Assembly: GCA_038208905.1 (NCBI GenBank)
Contig: JBBQYG010000109.1
Coordinates: 1 to 13,432 of the forward strand
Source: Candidatus Sumerlaeia bacterium
Lineage (GTDB): Bacteria; Sumerlaeota; Sumerlaeia; SLMS01
Reading direction: 5' to 3'
Length of the DNA stretch: 13,432 bases
The notes below the pieces were generated by a model. It was not told where the DNA came from. It made no database searches and saw nothing but the letters and a program-made list of their open reading frames with translations. Positions 1-8,294 of the stretch are shown piece after piece. Each line of letters opens with the position of its first letter. Positions within the stretch are counted from its first letter, which is position 1. The position numbers were made by a program, and so were the translations under genes.

Positions 1-90
1 CAGGGCAAGCGGCTCCCCATTGTCGCAGACCGCGGAGGCACTCGCGAGGACCACCGTCGCGGCCTGACCGCGGACTCTGGGAACGGAGCG

Positions 91-2763
91 CTAGAACTTA
101 CCCCCGCCGAGCTTGCCGAAGACCAGCGCGGCGAAGGCCACCACCACTAGGCCTGCCCCCCCAATGGGGGCCGTGATGTCGTTGAACTGAGGCTGCCCAA
201 TCAGCGGGATCAGCAAGCTTCCCGCGACCAGAACCACGCCACCACCAAGCATCAGCAAGGGGAGCACGAACCGGCTGGAGAACACCGAGATCAACAGAAG
301 GATCCCCGCCGCGCCCCCATAGAGCGAGTTCGCGAAGCCAGCGCCGTAGAGATAGTTCGTCAGAAGGTTCTGCAGGAACGGGGGGACACTGCTCCACGAA
401 TACGGCGCGGCCACGCCGCCGATCAACACCAGCGCCACCGCCAGCCGCGCAAGCCGAAACCCCCATACGATAGGCCCGCCGGAACTCTTGCCGGACTTGT
501 AGAGTTCCATGCTCGCCTTCTCGACCTCCGCCTTGGAGGCGACGGCGATGGGCACGCCGGCAAGAACCACGGTCTGCTGTAGGAGACCCTCCTCCACGGC
601 CTGCTTCGCCAACTTGTCCGCCTCGGCGTCCGCCGCGGCTTCGTCCATGCCGCCGGCCTTCAGGCGCGCCTTTTCCGCCTTGGCCAGCGTGCGCTCCTCG
701 TGGCGCTTGCGGCGCTTCTCCTCGACCTCGTCCAGCCCGCGCGCCAGCGGATCGCGCCATGTCGCGTACTTCTTGCGCGGGCGCACCTTCTCTCGCGTTG
801 CCCATCGCGCCCGCTGGAGGACCATATCCTCGTAGCCGAAAAGCTCTTCGAAGAACTCCTCCCATTGCTCACCGCCATACCGGCACACGAAGTCCTGGAG
901 GCCTTCCTCGGGGATGCCCTTGATGCGCAGGAGCTTGAGCATGTCCTGCGTGTTGCGGATCGGCTTGTGGCGCTCGGCGCGCAGCTTGCCAATGATCAGG
1001 AACTGGTAGGCGGCGGCGACACCCCCCGCCACCACGGCGATCACGATCCACGGCATCAGCAGGCCAAAGATATACAGCACCGCCAGCGCGAGGATCGTCC
1101 ACATTGACATGAGTGCCCAACCCTTGAGGTCCATGCCAAAGAAGACGCTGCGAACGCGCCGGAAGAGATAGTTCTTCGTCTGGACGCCGTTGATGACGAA
1201 GCTGAAAAGAGGAGTCAGAATCAGGAAGCCGATTGCCGCTCCGGCGAGGAAACCCTCGCGCATTACGGCCGCCACCAGCACCATCAGCACGGCGATGGCG
1301 GCGATGGCCAGCGGCGCGAGCTTGCGGAGCTTCCCTGTCGGCGCCGCATAGTACGCCTTCTGCTCCGTCTCCAGCGTCGCGACGTGGTGCTCCTTGGGAG
1401 TGTAGGGGCCCTTGAGGCTGTCGATGCCAAGGTATCCCTCCAGCGCCTCCACGCAATGCTCCATCGAGGGATAGCGCTCGTCGGGTATCTTGCGCAGCAT
1501 CCGCTCGATGATCAGAGTCAGTTCCTTCGGCACGTTCTGGACGTGGGTCTCCAGCGGGACCAGCGGCTCGCTGATGTGCTTGCTGATGATTTCGAAGCTG
1601 GTCTTTCCGCTGAAGGGAGTCTTGCCCGCCACCATGTAGTAGAGCGTGCAGCCCAGCGAATACTGGTCGGCGCGATGGTCGGCCTTTCCCGCGTCGCGTC
1701 CCTGCTCCGGCGCCATGTAGGCGGGCGTGCCCATTGCCACGTTGATGCCGGTAAGGTCGCCGTAGGCAAGTTGCTTCAGATCCTCTGGATTTCCATAGTC
1801 CACGCCGATGCCCCTACCGTCGTCGTCGCGGCCCTGGATTTTCGCAAGGCCCATGTCGGCGACCTTCACCACGCCGTGCTCGTTCACCATCAGGTTGTCG
1901 GGCTTGATGTCGCGGTGGATGATGCCGCGCTTGTGGGCATAGGAAAGCCCGCGCGCCGCCTGAAGGACATAGCCCACCGCCTCCTCGAACGGCATCTTGC
2001 CGTCCTTGCGCGTCATGTCGCCCAGATTGGCGCCGTTGATGAGCTCCAGGGCGATGTAGTGGATGAGCCCGTCGCTCCCCACGTCGAAAACCTGCATGAC
2101 GTTGTGGTGGCTGAGCTGGGCGGAACTCAGTGCCTCGCGGGTGAAGCGCGCGAGGAAGTCTGGATTCTGCGCGAGGTTTGCGGGAAGGATCTTAAGCGCC
2201 ACGTCGCGGTCCAGCGAGATCTGCCGCGCCAGATAGACGGCGCCCATGCCGCCGGCGCCGAGGCGCTTCTTGATCACGTAGCCGTTGATTGCCTTGCCGA
2301 GCAGGTGATCGTCGCCCTTGCCGGGGGAGGCGGGCGGAACATTCTGGGAGGGAGCCGGGCGCGGGTCTTCGTTGATGGTGGGACGCTCCGCGATGGGGAC
2401 GCCCCCGGCGGTGGCCGCCTGGTTGATCACGCGCGTCTGGTGTGCTTCATCTGCGGGTGCCGGGGGGGAATACCCGGGGACCGTCGCGGCGGTCTGCTGG
2501 GCAGGGGGCGGGACGCTTAGCGGCGGGGGAGGGGAGCCTCCCGCTGGTCCGATGCCACTTAGCGGCGCCGCGAAGGGAACGTAGCTATCGTTGGCCAACG
2601 CCTGACTCTGAATCGGCGCATCGTTGTGTGCGTCGGCGGTGCGGTCGGGATCCTGGGCATTCGCTAGGTCGATCCCGCACTCCGGGCAGAGCCGGGCGTT
2701 CCCAGCCACCCGGGCGGCGGCGAAAGTGGCACCGCATTGAGGACATTTCTCGGCAAAGGGCAT
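91..2763 (-). CDS. Hanks-type Ser/Thr protein kinase with N-terminal CxxC-X15-CxxC zinc ribbon, Pro-rich linker and about 8 predicted C-terminal TM helices (890 aa)
   Basis: Kinase motifs [25 protein letters not shown] (DFG position), GTPAYMAPE and DQYSLG. CPQC (2745-2734) and CPEC (2688-2677) lie at the N-terminus. Two blocks of four hydrophobic segments follow the kinase domain. Start moved from the ORF-track 2841 to ATG 2763 because GGAAAGG lies 5 nt upstream and the zinc ribbon begins right after. Confidence 0.92.
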   Translation of the reverse strand: MPFAEKCPQCGATFAAARVAGNARLCPECGIDLANAQDPDRTADAHNDAPIQSQALANDSYVPFAAPLSGIGPAGGSPPPPLSVPPPAQQTAATVPGYSPPAPADEAHQTRVINQAATAGGVPIAERPTINEDPRPAPSQNVPPASPGKGDDHLLGKAINGYVIKKRLGAGGMGAVYLARQISLDRDVALKILPANLAQNPDFLARFTREALSSAQLSHHNVMQVFDVGSDGLIHYIALELINGANLGDMTRKDGKMPFEEAVGYVLQAARGLSYAHKRGIIHRDIKPDNLMVNEHGVVKVADMGLAKIQGRDDDGRGIGVDYGNPEDLKQLAYGDLTGINVAMGTPAYMAPEQGRDAGKADHRADQYSLGCTLYYMVAGKTPFSGKTSFEIISKHISEPLVPLETHVQNVPKELTLIIERMLRKIPDERYPSMEHCVEALEGYLGIDSLKGPYTPKEHHVATLETEQKAYYAAPTGKLRKLAPLAIAAIAVLMVLVAAVMREGFLAGAAIGFLILTPLFSFVINGVQTKNYLFRRVRSVFFGMDLKGWALMSMWTILALAVLYIFGLLMPWIVIAVVAGGVAAAYQFLIIGKLRAERHKPIRNTQDMLKLLRIKGIPEEGLQDFVCRYGGEQWEEFFEELFGYEDMVLQRARWATREKVRPRKKYATWRDPLARGLDEVEEKRRKRHEERTLAKAEKARLKAGGMDEAAADAEADKLAKQAVEEGLLQQTVVLAGVPIAVASKAEVEKASMELYKSGKSSGGPIVWGFRLARLAVALVLIGGVAAPYSWSSVPPFLQNLLTNYLYGAGFANSLYGGAAGILLLISVFSSRFVLPLLMLGGGVVLVAGSLLIPLIGQPQFNDITAPIGGAGLVVVAFAALVFGKLGGGKF

Positions 2764-2871
2764 GGTGGCCTTTCCGCGCGCAGAGGCATTCAAGACATCA
2801 TGAATCGGCCCAAGCATGGGGCGAAAAACCAACGATGTCATGCCTTTTTTTGCGCGGAATCGGGGCCGACG

Positions 2872-5478
2872 CTAGTCTTCCAGCCTCAGCGTCAGCATCC
2901 CGTTCTCGGCATCGACCACCACCGTCTGGTTGACGCGCGGGGCATCGGCAAGGATCAGCCGCGCCAGCGGGGTCTCCAGCTCGCGCTTGAGGTATCGCTT
3001 CACCGGGCGTGCGCCATAGGCCGGGTCGTATGCCTCCGCGGCGATGAAGTCCTTGGCCGCGGGCGTGATGACGAGGCCGAGTCGCTTGGACTCCAGCCGC
3101 TTGCGGAGCAACTCCGCCTGCAAGTCCACAATGTGCTTCACCTGCTCGCGGTTGAGCGGCTGGAACAGCACGATGTCGTCCACGCGGTTTAGGAATTCCG
3201 GACGGAATCCCGCGCGCAGCTCGCCGAGCACCCGCTCGCGCACGCTCTCGCGGATGGTGCCGTCGGGTCCGACGCCCTCCAGCAAGTGCTGGGAGCCGAT
3301 GTTGCTCGTCATGATGATCACGGTGTTCTTGAAGTTCACCGTGCGGCCCTGACTGTCGGTTACTCTGCCATCGTCCAGAATCTGCAGCAGGACGTTGAAC
3401 ACCTCCGGATGCGCCTTTTCGATTTCGTCGAAAAGGATCACCGCGTAGGGCCGACGCCGGACGGCCTCGGTCAGCTGGCCGCCCTCTTCGTATCCCACGT
3501 AGCCGGGAGGCGCGCCGATCAGTCTGCTGACGGCGAACTTCTCCATGTACTCGCTCATGTCGATGCGGACGAGGTTCTCCTCGGAATCGAAGAGCGCCTC
3601 CGCCAGCGCCTTGGCCAGCTCCGTTTTCCCGACGCCCGTGGGGCCGAGGAAGATGAAGCTGCCGATAGGGCGATTGGGGTCCTCGATGCCCGCGCGCGAG
3701 CGCAGGACCGCGTCCGCCACCAGGCCCACCGCCTCGTCCTGCCCGACGACGCGGCGGTGCAGTGTCTCGCCCAGGCGCAGGAGCTTGTCCCGCTCGCCCT
3801 CCACCAGTCGCGAGACAGGAATGTGCGTCCACCGCGCCACGATCTCGGCGATTTCCTCGTCGGTTACCTCCTCGCGCAGGAGCGTACCCGCTCCCTTCGC
3901 TTCGAGGGCCTTCTCCTGCTCATGGAGGTTCTTCTCAAGTTCCGGCAGCTTGCCGTGGCGCAGCTCGGCGGCCTTGTTCAGGTCGTATTCCCGTTCGGCA
4001 ATTTCGATGTCTCGGCGGGCCTGCTCGATCTGCTCGCGCAGGCCGCGCACCTTCTGAATCGCGGCCTTCTCGCGCTCGTACTGATCGCGGAGCCCGCCCG
4101 CCCCGGCCTTCACGTCCTGCAATTCCTTCTGCAGCGCGCGCAGGCGTTCCTTCGAGGCCTCATCCTTCTCCTTCTTGAGCGCGGCCTCCTCGATCTCCAG
4201 CTGCATGGTGCGCCGCGTCGCCGCGTCCAGCTCCGCCGGCATCGAGTCGATCTCCGTGCGAATCATCGCGCAGGCTTCGTCCACCAGGTCGATCGCCTTG
4301 TCCGGCAAAAATCGATCTGTGATGTAGCGATGCGAAAGCGTCGCCGCCGCAACCAGAGCGTTGTCCTGAATGCGGACGCCGTGGTGAACCTCGAAGCGCT
4401 CGCGCAGCCCGCGCAGGATCGAGATCGTGGACTCCACGCTTGGCTGCTCCACGAGCACCGGTTGAAAGCGGCGCTCCAGCGCGGGGTCCTTCTCGATATA
4501 CTTGCGATACTCGTCCAACGTCGTCGCACCCACGCAATGCAGCTCTCCGCGCGCCAGCATCGGCTTCAGCATGTTGCCCGCGTCCATCGCGCCCTCGGAT
4601 TTCCCCGCGCCGACGATGGTGTGCATCTCGTCGATGAAGAGGATAATCCGGCCCTCGCTCTCCTTCACCTCGTTGAGCACCGCCTTCAGCCGCTCCTCGA
4701 ATTCGCCGCGGTACTTCGCTCCGGCGATTAGGGAACCCATGTCGAGAGCGAAGATCGTCCTGTCCTTCAGCCCCTCGGGCACGTCACCGCGCACGATGCG
4801 ATGAGCCAGCCCTTCGGCGATTGCCGTCTTCCCGACGCCGGGCTCGCCGATGAGGACGGGATTGTTCTTCGTCTTGCGGGAGAGAATGCGGATCACGCGG
4901 CGGATTTCCTCGTCGCGACCGATCACTGGATCCAGCTTTCCGTCGCGCGCGGCTTTCACCAGATCGCGGCCATAGCGCTCCAGCGCCTCATAGGTCGCCT
5001 CGGGATTCGCGCTGACCACGCGCTGGTTTCCGCGCACCGCCGTCAGCGCCGTCAGCAACCGGTCCGGCGTTACGCCGAATGTCCCCAGCAACTGCCCCGC
5101 GCGCGTCTTGGTGCCATCGGCCACCAGCGCCATCAGCAGGTGCTCCACCGACACATACTCGTCCTTGAGGCGCTTTGCCTCGCCCTCCGCCGCCACGAGG
5201 ATTTTCGCCAGCCGTTGCGACACGGCGATCTGCCCCGGGTTCACGCCGGGACCCGACATCGAAGGCTTGCGCGTGAGTTCCTGCTCCACCGCCGCGCGCA
5301 GATTCTCCATCTGCACGTCCATGCGCAGCAGGAGCCGCGGCACGAGCCCATCCTCCTGGGCGATCAGGGCGCCCAGCAGATGCTCGCCATCCACCTCCGC
5401 GTGCCCGTGCTCGACCGCCAACGCCTGGGACTGCGCCAGCGCTTCCTGCGATTTCTGGGTCAGCTTGTTGAAATCCAT
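2872..5478 (-). CDS. clpB: ATP-dependent chaperone/disaggregase ClpB (868 aa)
   Basis: N-terminus [14 protein letters not shown] with Clp-N repeats. NBD1 has [13 protein letters not shown], Walker A GEPGVGKT, pore loop GAKYRG and Walker B ILFIDE. A long coiled-coil M domain ([13 protein letters not shown]) follows. NBD2 has [17 protein letters not shown] and GYVG. ATG 5478 has a GGAGG Shine-Dalgarno upstream. Confidence 0.97.
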   Translation of the reverse strand: MDFNKLTQKSQEALAQSQALAVEHGHAEVDGEHLLGALIAQEDGLVPRLLLRMDVQMENLRAAVEQELTRKPSMSGPGVNPGQIAVSQRLAKILVAAEGEAKRLKDEYVSVEHLLMALVADGTKTRAGQLLGTFGVTPDRLLTALTAVRGNQRVVSANPEATYEALERYGRDLVKAARDGKLDPVIGRDEEIRRVIRILSRKTKNNPVLIGEPGVGKTAIAEGLAHRIVRGDVPEGLKDRTIFALDMGSLIAGAKYRGEFEERLKAVLNEVKESEGRIILFIDEMHTIVGAGKSEGAMDAGNMLKPMLARGELHCVGATTLDEYRKYIEKDPALERRFQPVLVEQPSVESTISILRGLRERFEVHHGVRIQDNALVAAATLSHRYITDRFLPDKAIDLVDEACAMIRTEIDSMPAELDAATRRTMQLEIEEAALKKEKDEASKERLRALQKELQDVKAGAGGLRDQYEREKAAIQKVRGLREQIEQARRDIEIAEREYDLNKAAELRHGKLPELEKNLHEQEKALEAKGAGTLLREEVTDEEIAEIVARWTHIPVSRLVEGERDKLLRLGETLHRRVVGQDEAVGLVADAVLRSRAGIEDPNRPIGSFIFLGPTGVGKTELAKALAEALFDSEENLVRIDMSEYMEKFAVSRLIGAPPGYVGYEEGGQLTEAVRRRPYAVILFDEIEKAHPEVFNVLLQILDDGRVTDSQGRTVNFKNTVIIMTSNIGSQHLLEGVGPDGTIRESVRERVLGELRAGFRPEFLNRVDDIVLFQPLNREQVKHIVDLQAELLRKRLESKRLGLVITPAAKDFIAAEAYDPAYGARPVKRYLKRELETPLARLILADAPRVNQTVVVDAENGMLTLRLED

Positions 5479-5553
5479 CGCGCGTTCCTCCGTCTCGTCT
5501 CGACACACTGGCGGAGGGGAAATTGCCTTCACCGAGGTCTCTGGGAGGGCGTA

Positions 5554-5577
5554 TTGCAAGAAGGGAACCGGACTGGC
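5554..5577 (-). promoter_or_regulatory. Putative sigma54 (-24/-12) promoter of clpB
   Basis: Minus strand GCCAGTCCGGTTCCCTTCTTGCAA has GG (5569-5568), N10, then GC (5557-5556) in a TTGCA context, about 75 nt before the clpB ATG. It is 17/24 identical to the site upstream of dnaK. Confidence 0.6.
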
Positions 5578-5591
5578 ACTGGCGCCAGCGC

Positions 5592-5619
5592 ATTCTAAAG
5601 ATTCTCGTAGTCACTGCAA
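5592..5619 (-). promoter_or_regulatory. Possible sigma70-type promoter of clpB (TTGCAG-N16-TAGAAT)
   Basis: Minus strand TTGCAG (5619-5614), a 16-nt spacer, then TAGAAT (5597-5592), in a locally AT-richer patch. The spacer is 1 nt short of optimal. Confidence 0.35.
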
Positions 5620-5623
5620 CGCG

Positions 5624-5659
5624 ATGGACCAAATAGACAGAATGGACTTGATGGACGTC
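5624..5659. repeat. Intergenic 9-bp period tandem repeat, 4 units, ATRGAC-N3
   Basis: ATGGACCAA ATAGACAGA ATGGACTTG ATGGACGTC, read directly from the sequence. Confidence 0.8.
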
Positions 5660-5719
5660 CCTCAAATCCGTGTCGTCAATCTCGCCCACAGGGTCGGCTG
5701 CGGAGAAAATCGAACGCCG

Positions 5720-7258
5720 CTACGGCTCCAACACCTCCACCATCGCCTCCACGCGCGTACCGTTAATATTCATCGCCAGCTTAAGGTGGCGATGGGCGTG
5801 GCCATCGGACTTCGGTGCGGGCGCGACAACCGGTATCTCCGGGGGAGCGACCACCGCCACCGGCGGCGGCGCGGCGGATAGCGGCGCCTTCGGCTTCAGG
5901 TTCTTCTCGTAGAATTCCAGCCACACCTTGGGAAAGACGGCATAGGACAGCACATCGTCGTCGTTGCGTGCCTTCCCCTTCACCTCATGCTCCAGAGTCT
6001 CCCACTCGTGGGGAATCTCGTCCGCGGGGCGGCAGGTGATTGGCTCCTCCTCGCCCAGGACCTTGCGCTGGATTTCCTTGCTCACCGGAGCGGGCGTGCG
6101 GCCATAACGGCCTGCGAAGATGTTGCGGCTCTCCACCGGCACGTTCTTGTAGCGCTCGCCCAGCAGCACATTGAACACCGCCTGTGTCCCCACGATTTGC
6201 GAGGTCGGCGTGACGAGCGGGATGAACCCCATTTCCTCGCGCACCCGGGGGACTTCCTTAAGCACCTGGTCCATCTTCTCGAAGCAGCCCATCTGCTTGA
6301 GCTGGGACTCCAGGTTGGAGAGCATGCCGCCGGGAATCTGACTGATGAAGATGCGCGGGTCGGAGCCCTTGAATCCCGACTCGAACTGCTCGTACTTCGG
6401 GCGAATCTGACGGACGTACTCCGCGATCGGAATAAGATCCGCCTGGCGCAGCCCCGTGTCGCGCTCCGTTCCCGCGAAGGATTCCACCAACGCCTCCGTG
6501 CAGACGTGGCCCGCGCCGCCAGAGAGCGAACTGATCGCCGTATCCACCCCATCGGCCCCCGCATCGATCGCCCGCATCAGCACCATCGGCGCCACCCCCG
6601 TGGTTGAGTGCGTGTGCACGTGGATCGGCACCTTCACGGCGCTTTTCAGCGCCCTGACCAGCTCATAGGCCGGCACGGGACACATCAGCGCCGCCATGTC
6701 CTTGATCACGATCGACTGGCAACCCATCGACTCCAGATCGCGCCCATTCTGGATGAACATTTCCAGCGTGTGGACCGGCGACACCGTATAGCAGATCGAC
6801 CCCTGCGCATGGGCGCCCCCCGCGATCACGCGGCTCACCGCGCGCTCCACGTTGCGCATGTCGTTCAGCGCGTCAAAGATGCGGAAGATGTCCATTCCAT
6901 ACTCGATCGACTTGTCCACAAAGCGATCCACCACATCGTCGCCATAGTGGCGATACCCCAACAGGTTCTGCCCGCGCAGCAGCATCTGCAGCTTCGTCCT
7001 GGGCAGCGCCTTGCGCAGCAACCGCAACCTCTCCCACGGGTCCTCGTCCAGAAACCTCAGGCACGAATCAAACGTCGCCCCGCCCCACACCTCCAGCGAA
7101 TGAAACCCCACGTTGTCGAGCGCATCGCAAATCGGCAACATATCGCCCACCCGCATCCGCGTCGCCAACAGCGACTGATGCGCATCGCGCAACACCAACT
7201 CCGTCACCAGGACGGGCTTGGACTTCTTCTCGTCTTGCTTCGTGCTATGGAAGAACAT
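5720..7258 (-). CDS. Pyruvate/oxaloacetate carboxyltransferase, transcarboxylase 5S-like / OadA-PycB family, without biotinyl-carrier domain (512 aa)
   Basis: Motifs TELVLRDAHQSLLATRM, WGGATFD, EDPWERLR, QMLLRGQNLLGYRHY, KDMA (carbamyl-Lys), HTH metal ligands, QIPGGMLSNL and PLVTPTSQIVGTQA. It ends after a Pro/Ala linker with no AMKM biotin site. ATG 7258 has a GAGGT Shine-Dalgarno upstream. Confidence 0.9.
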   Translation of the reverse strand: MFFHSTKQDEKKSKPVLVTELVLRDAHQSLLATRMRVGDMLPICDALDNVGFHSLEVWGGATFDSCLRFLDEDPWERLRLLRKALPRTKLQMLLRGQNLLGYRHYGDDVVDRFVDKSIEYGMDIFRIFDALNDMRNVERAVSRVIAGGAHAQGSICYTVSPVHTLEMFIQNGRDLESMGCQSIVIKDMAALMCPVPAYELVRALKSAVKVPIHVHTHSTTGVAPMVLMRAIDAGADGVDTAISSLSGGAGHVCTEALVESFAGTERDTGLRQADLIPIAEYVRQIRPKYEQFESGFKGSDPRIFISQIPGGMLSNLESQLKQMGCFEKMDQVLKEVPRVREEMGFIPLVTPTSQIVGTQAVFNVLLGERYKNVPVESRNIFAGRYGRTPAPVSKEIQRKVLGEEEPITCRPADEIPHEWETLEHEVKGKARNDDDVLSYAVFPKVWLEFYEKNLKPKAPLSAAPPPVAVVAPPEIPVVAPAPKSDGHAHRHLKLAMNINGTRVEAMVEVLEP

Positions 7259-7363
7259 CGCACACCTCGGTTTCCGGCCCCAATCCCGGGCCACACAGGA
7301 GACCAGCAGATTCACCCCGAAGGGGGAAGGGGAAAGGCCGCGCGCGGAAAGGCGGGCGATGGG

Positions 7364-8000
7364 CTACTTCAGTCGCTTCAGGTTGGAATCGGATAGGAGC
7401 GTGCGCATTTGGACGATGGCGATTTCGTTGAGCTTTAGAAGGCGCCAAGTCGGCCTCATCGGCATAGATGTGCGCGGCCTGCTTGCTGGTGATCGCCGAG
7501 GGAATCAACGCCTCCTTGATGGCGTCGGCATGGATGCGGTCGTTGATCTTGGCGAGAGTGCGCTGAAGGTTCCAGATGAGGTTGAGGCGCTGGAATTCCT
7601 TGATCAGGTAAAGTTTGAACTCTGGGCGGAGCCACGACCCGAACTCAAAGGCGATGTCCTCGTGCGCAGAGGTGCCGCCGCCATAACGTCCTGCCCGTGA
7701 TTGGAAACCAATTGCACCATTAGCTTCGATCCACTTCCGGGGGGTGAGGGAAAAGTTGTTTAGCCCGGCTTGGCTTCGCAAGGTCTCGAATTCGAGACCT
7801 TTAGAACCCCGATTGAGAATCTGCTCCCAGACGCCGATGAACTCCAGAGTGTTGCGGTTGCGCATCCAACCACAAATCAAAACATCGTCGCCGAACCTTT
7901 TTGCCATGTCGGCCAGCGAGATGAAGTCACCCCCCGGGTGCGAAAGAGCACCGATGGACGTTCCTTGGACTTCGCTGGTGGTCTTCTGCGGCCTGCTCAG
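7364..8000 (-). pseudogene. Decayed KilA-N domain DNA-binding protein gene
   Basis: Recognisable family sequence [10 protein letters not shown]...[16 protein letters not shown]...SRAGRYGGGT.AH.DIAFEFGSWL.PEFKLYLIKEFQRL...WNLQRTLAKIN.RIH.DAIKE.LIP...YADEADL. At about 7445 the frame shifts, and the family-like C-terminus RLLKLNEIAIVQMRTLLSDSNLKRLK* (TAG 7366-7364) continues in another frame. There is no in-frame ATG at the expected start (CTG at 8000). Confidence 0.85.
7780..7801. repeat. Perfect 22-bp palindrome inside the KilA-N pseudogene
   Basis: AAGGTCTCGAATTCGAGACCTT is its own reverse complement. The ORF track reads GLEFET on both strands here. Confidence 0.95.
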
Positions 8001-8226
8001 GGGAATGCACTCATGGCGCGAATTACGATCACGTTTGATCGGTGGGCAATTTCTCCACGGCCCGCAACCAGAACCATTGGGTTCCCCGCTTCCGTTCCCC
8101 TCCAGAATTCCGCCCCACCGTGGAAACTCCCCTGTCTCTTTTCGACCCACACTTGTTCCCCCGCAAAACGCAGCCTTGGCCTAAACCGCTCACATTACTT
8201 GGCTTTTCCAAGCCCCACCGCCGTCA

Positions 8227-8250
8227 GGCAGTCTGGTCAATATCTTGCAA
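8227..8250 (+). promoter_or_regulatory. Putative sigma54 (-24/-12) promoter of dnaK
   Basis: GGCAGTCTGGTCAATATCTTGCAA has TGG (GG 8235-8236), N10, then GC (8247-8248) in TTGCA, about 45 nt before the dnaK ATG. It matches the clpB upstream site. Confidence 0.65.
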
Positions 8251-8294
8251 ACTCCCCCGTCAGCGACTCCACCCAGAAGGGGGCAGGCAAGTAC

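Noticed and set aside
1..67. Possible 3' end of a plus-strand gene (frame 2: RASGSPLSQTAEALARTTVAA*, TGA 65-67)
   Set aside because: Only 21 codons are visible and there is no recognisable motif, so it cannot be supported.
2791..2851. Imperfect inverted repeat CAAGACATC / GATGTCATG followed by a T7 run
   Set aside because: It has a 34-nt loop, a weak stem and a T-run on the wrong strand for clpB, so it is not a credible terminator.
5479..5553. clpB leader checked for a riboswitch or RNA thermometer (CAGAGA...GGTGAAGG resembles glycine riboswitch fragments)
   Set aside because: The core consensus and helices are missing, and no clear anti-SD stem was seen.
5573..5598. CIRCE-like TTAGAATGC-N8-CAGTGCCAG (minus strand) upstream of clpB
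   Set aside because: Each arm matches only 6/9 and the spacer is 8 rather than the required 9 nt. There is no counterpart at dnaK.
5735..5755. EAMV near the carboxyltransferase C-terminus as a biotinylation motif
   Set aside because: It lacks the Lys of EAMKM and there is no surrounding biotinyl domain.
7081..7200. Strong C over G skew on the plus strand at the carboxyltransferase 5' end (50 C vs 24 G)
   Set aside because: It is explained by G/T-ending codon choice, similar skew is visible at the clpB 5' end, and there is no sign of a discrete element.
2768..7353. 14-mer GCGCGCGGAAAGGC at 7340-7353 (+) and 2781-2768 (-)
   Set aside because: About one or two such matches are expected by chance in a GC-rich window of this size, and the orientations relative to the genes differ.
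7245..8150. The 301-aa ORF as an intact protein
   Set aside because: Both ends are non-homologous read-through. Only 8000-7445 is KilA-N-like, and the true C-terminus lies in another frame.
8198..8241. CTTGG-N5-CCAAG dyad as a HAIR-like site, and GGTCAAT as a CtsR heptad
   Set aside because: Neither fits its consensus: HAIR is CTTGAGT-N7-ACTCAAG, and CtsR needs a direct heptad repeat.
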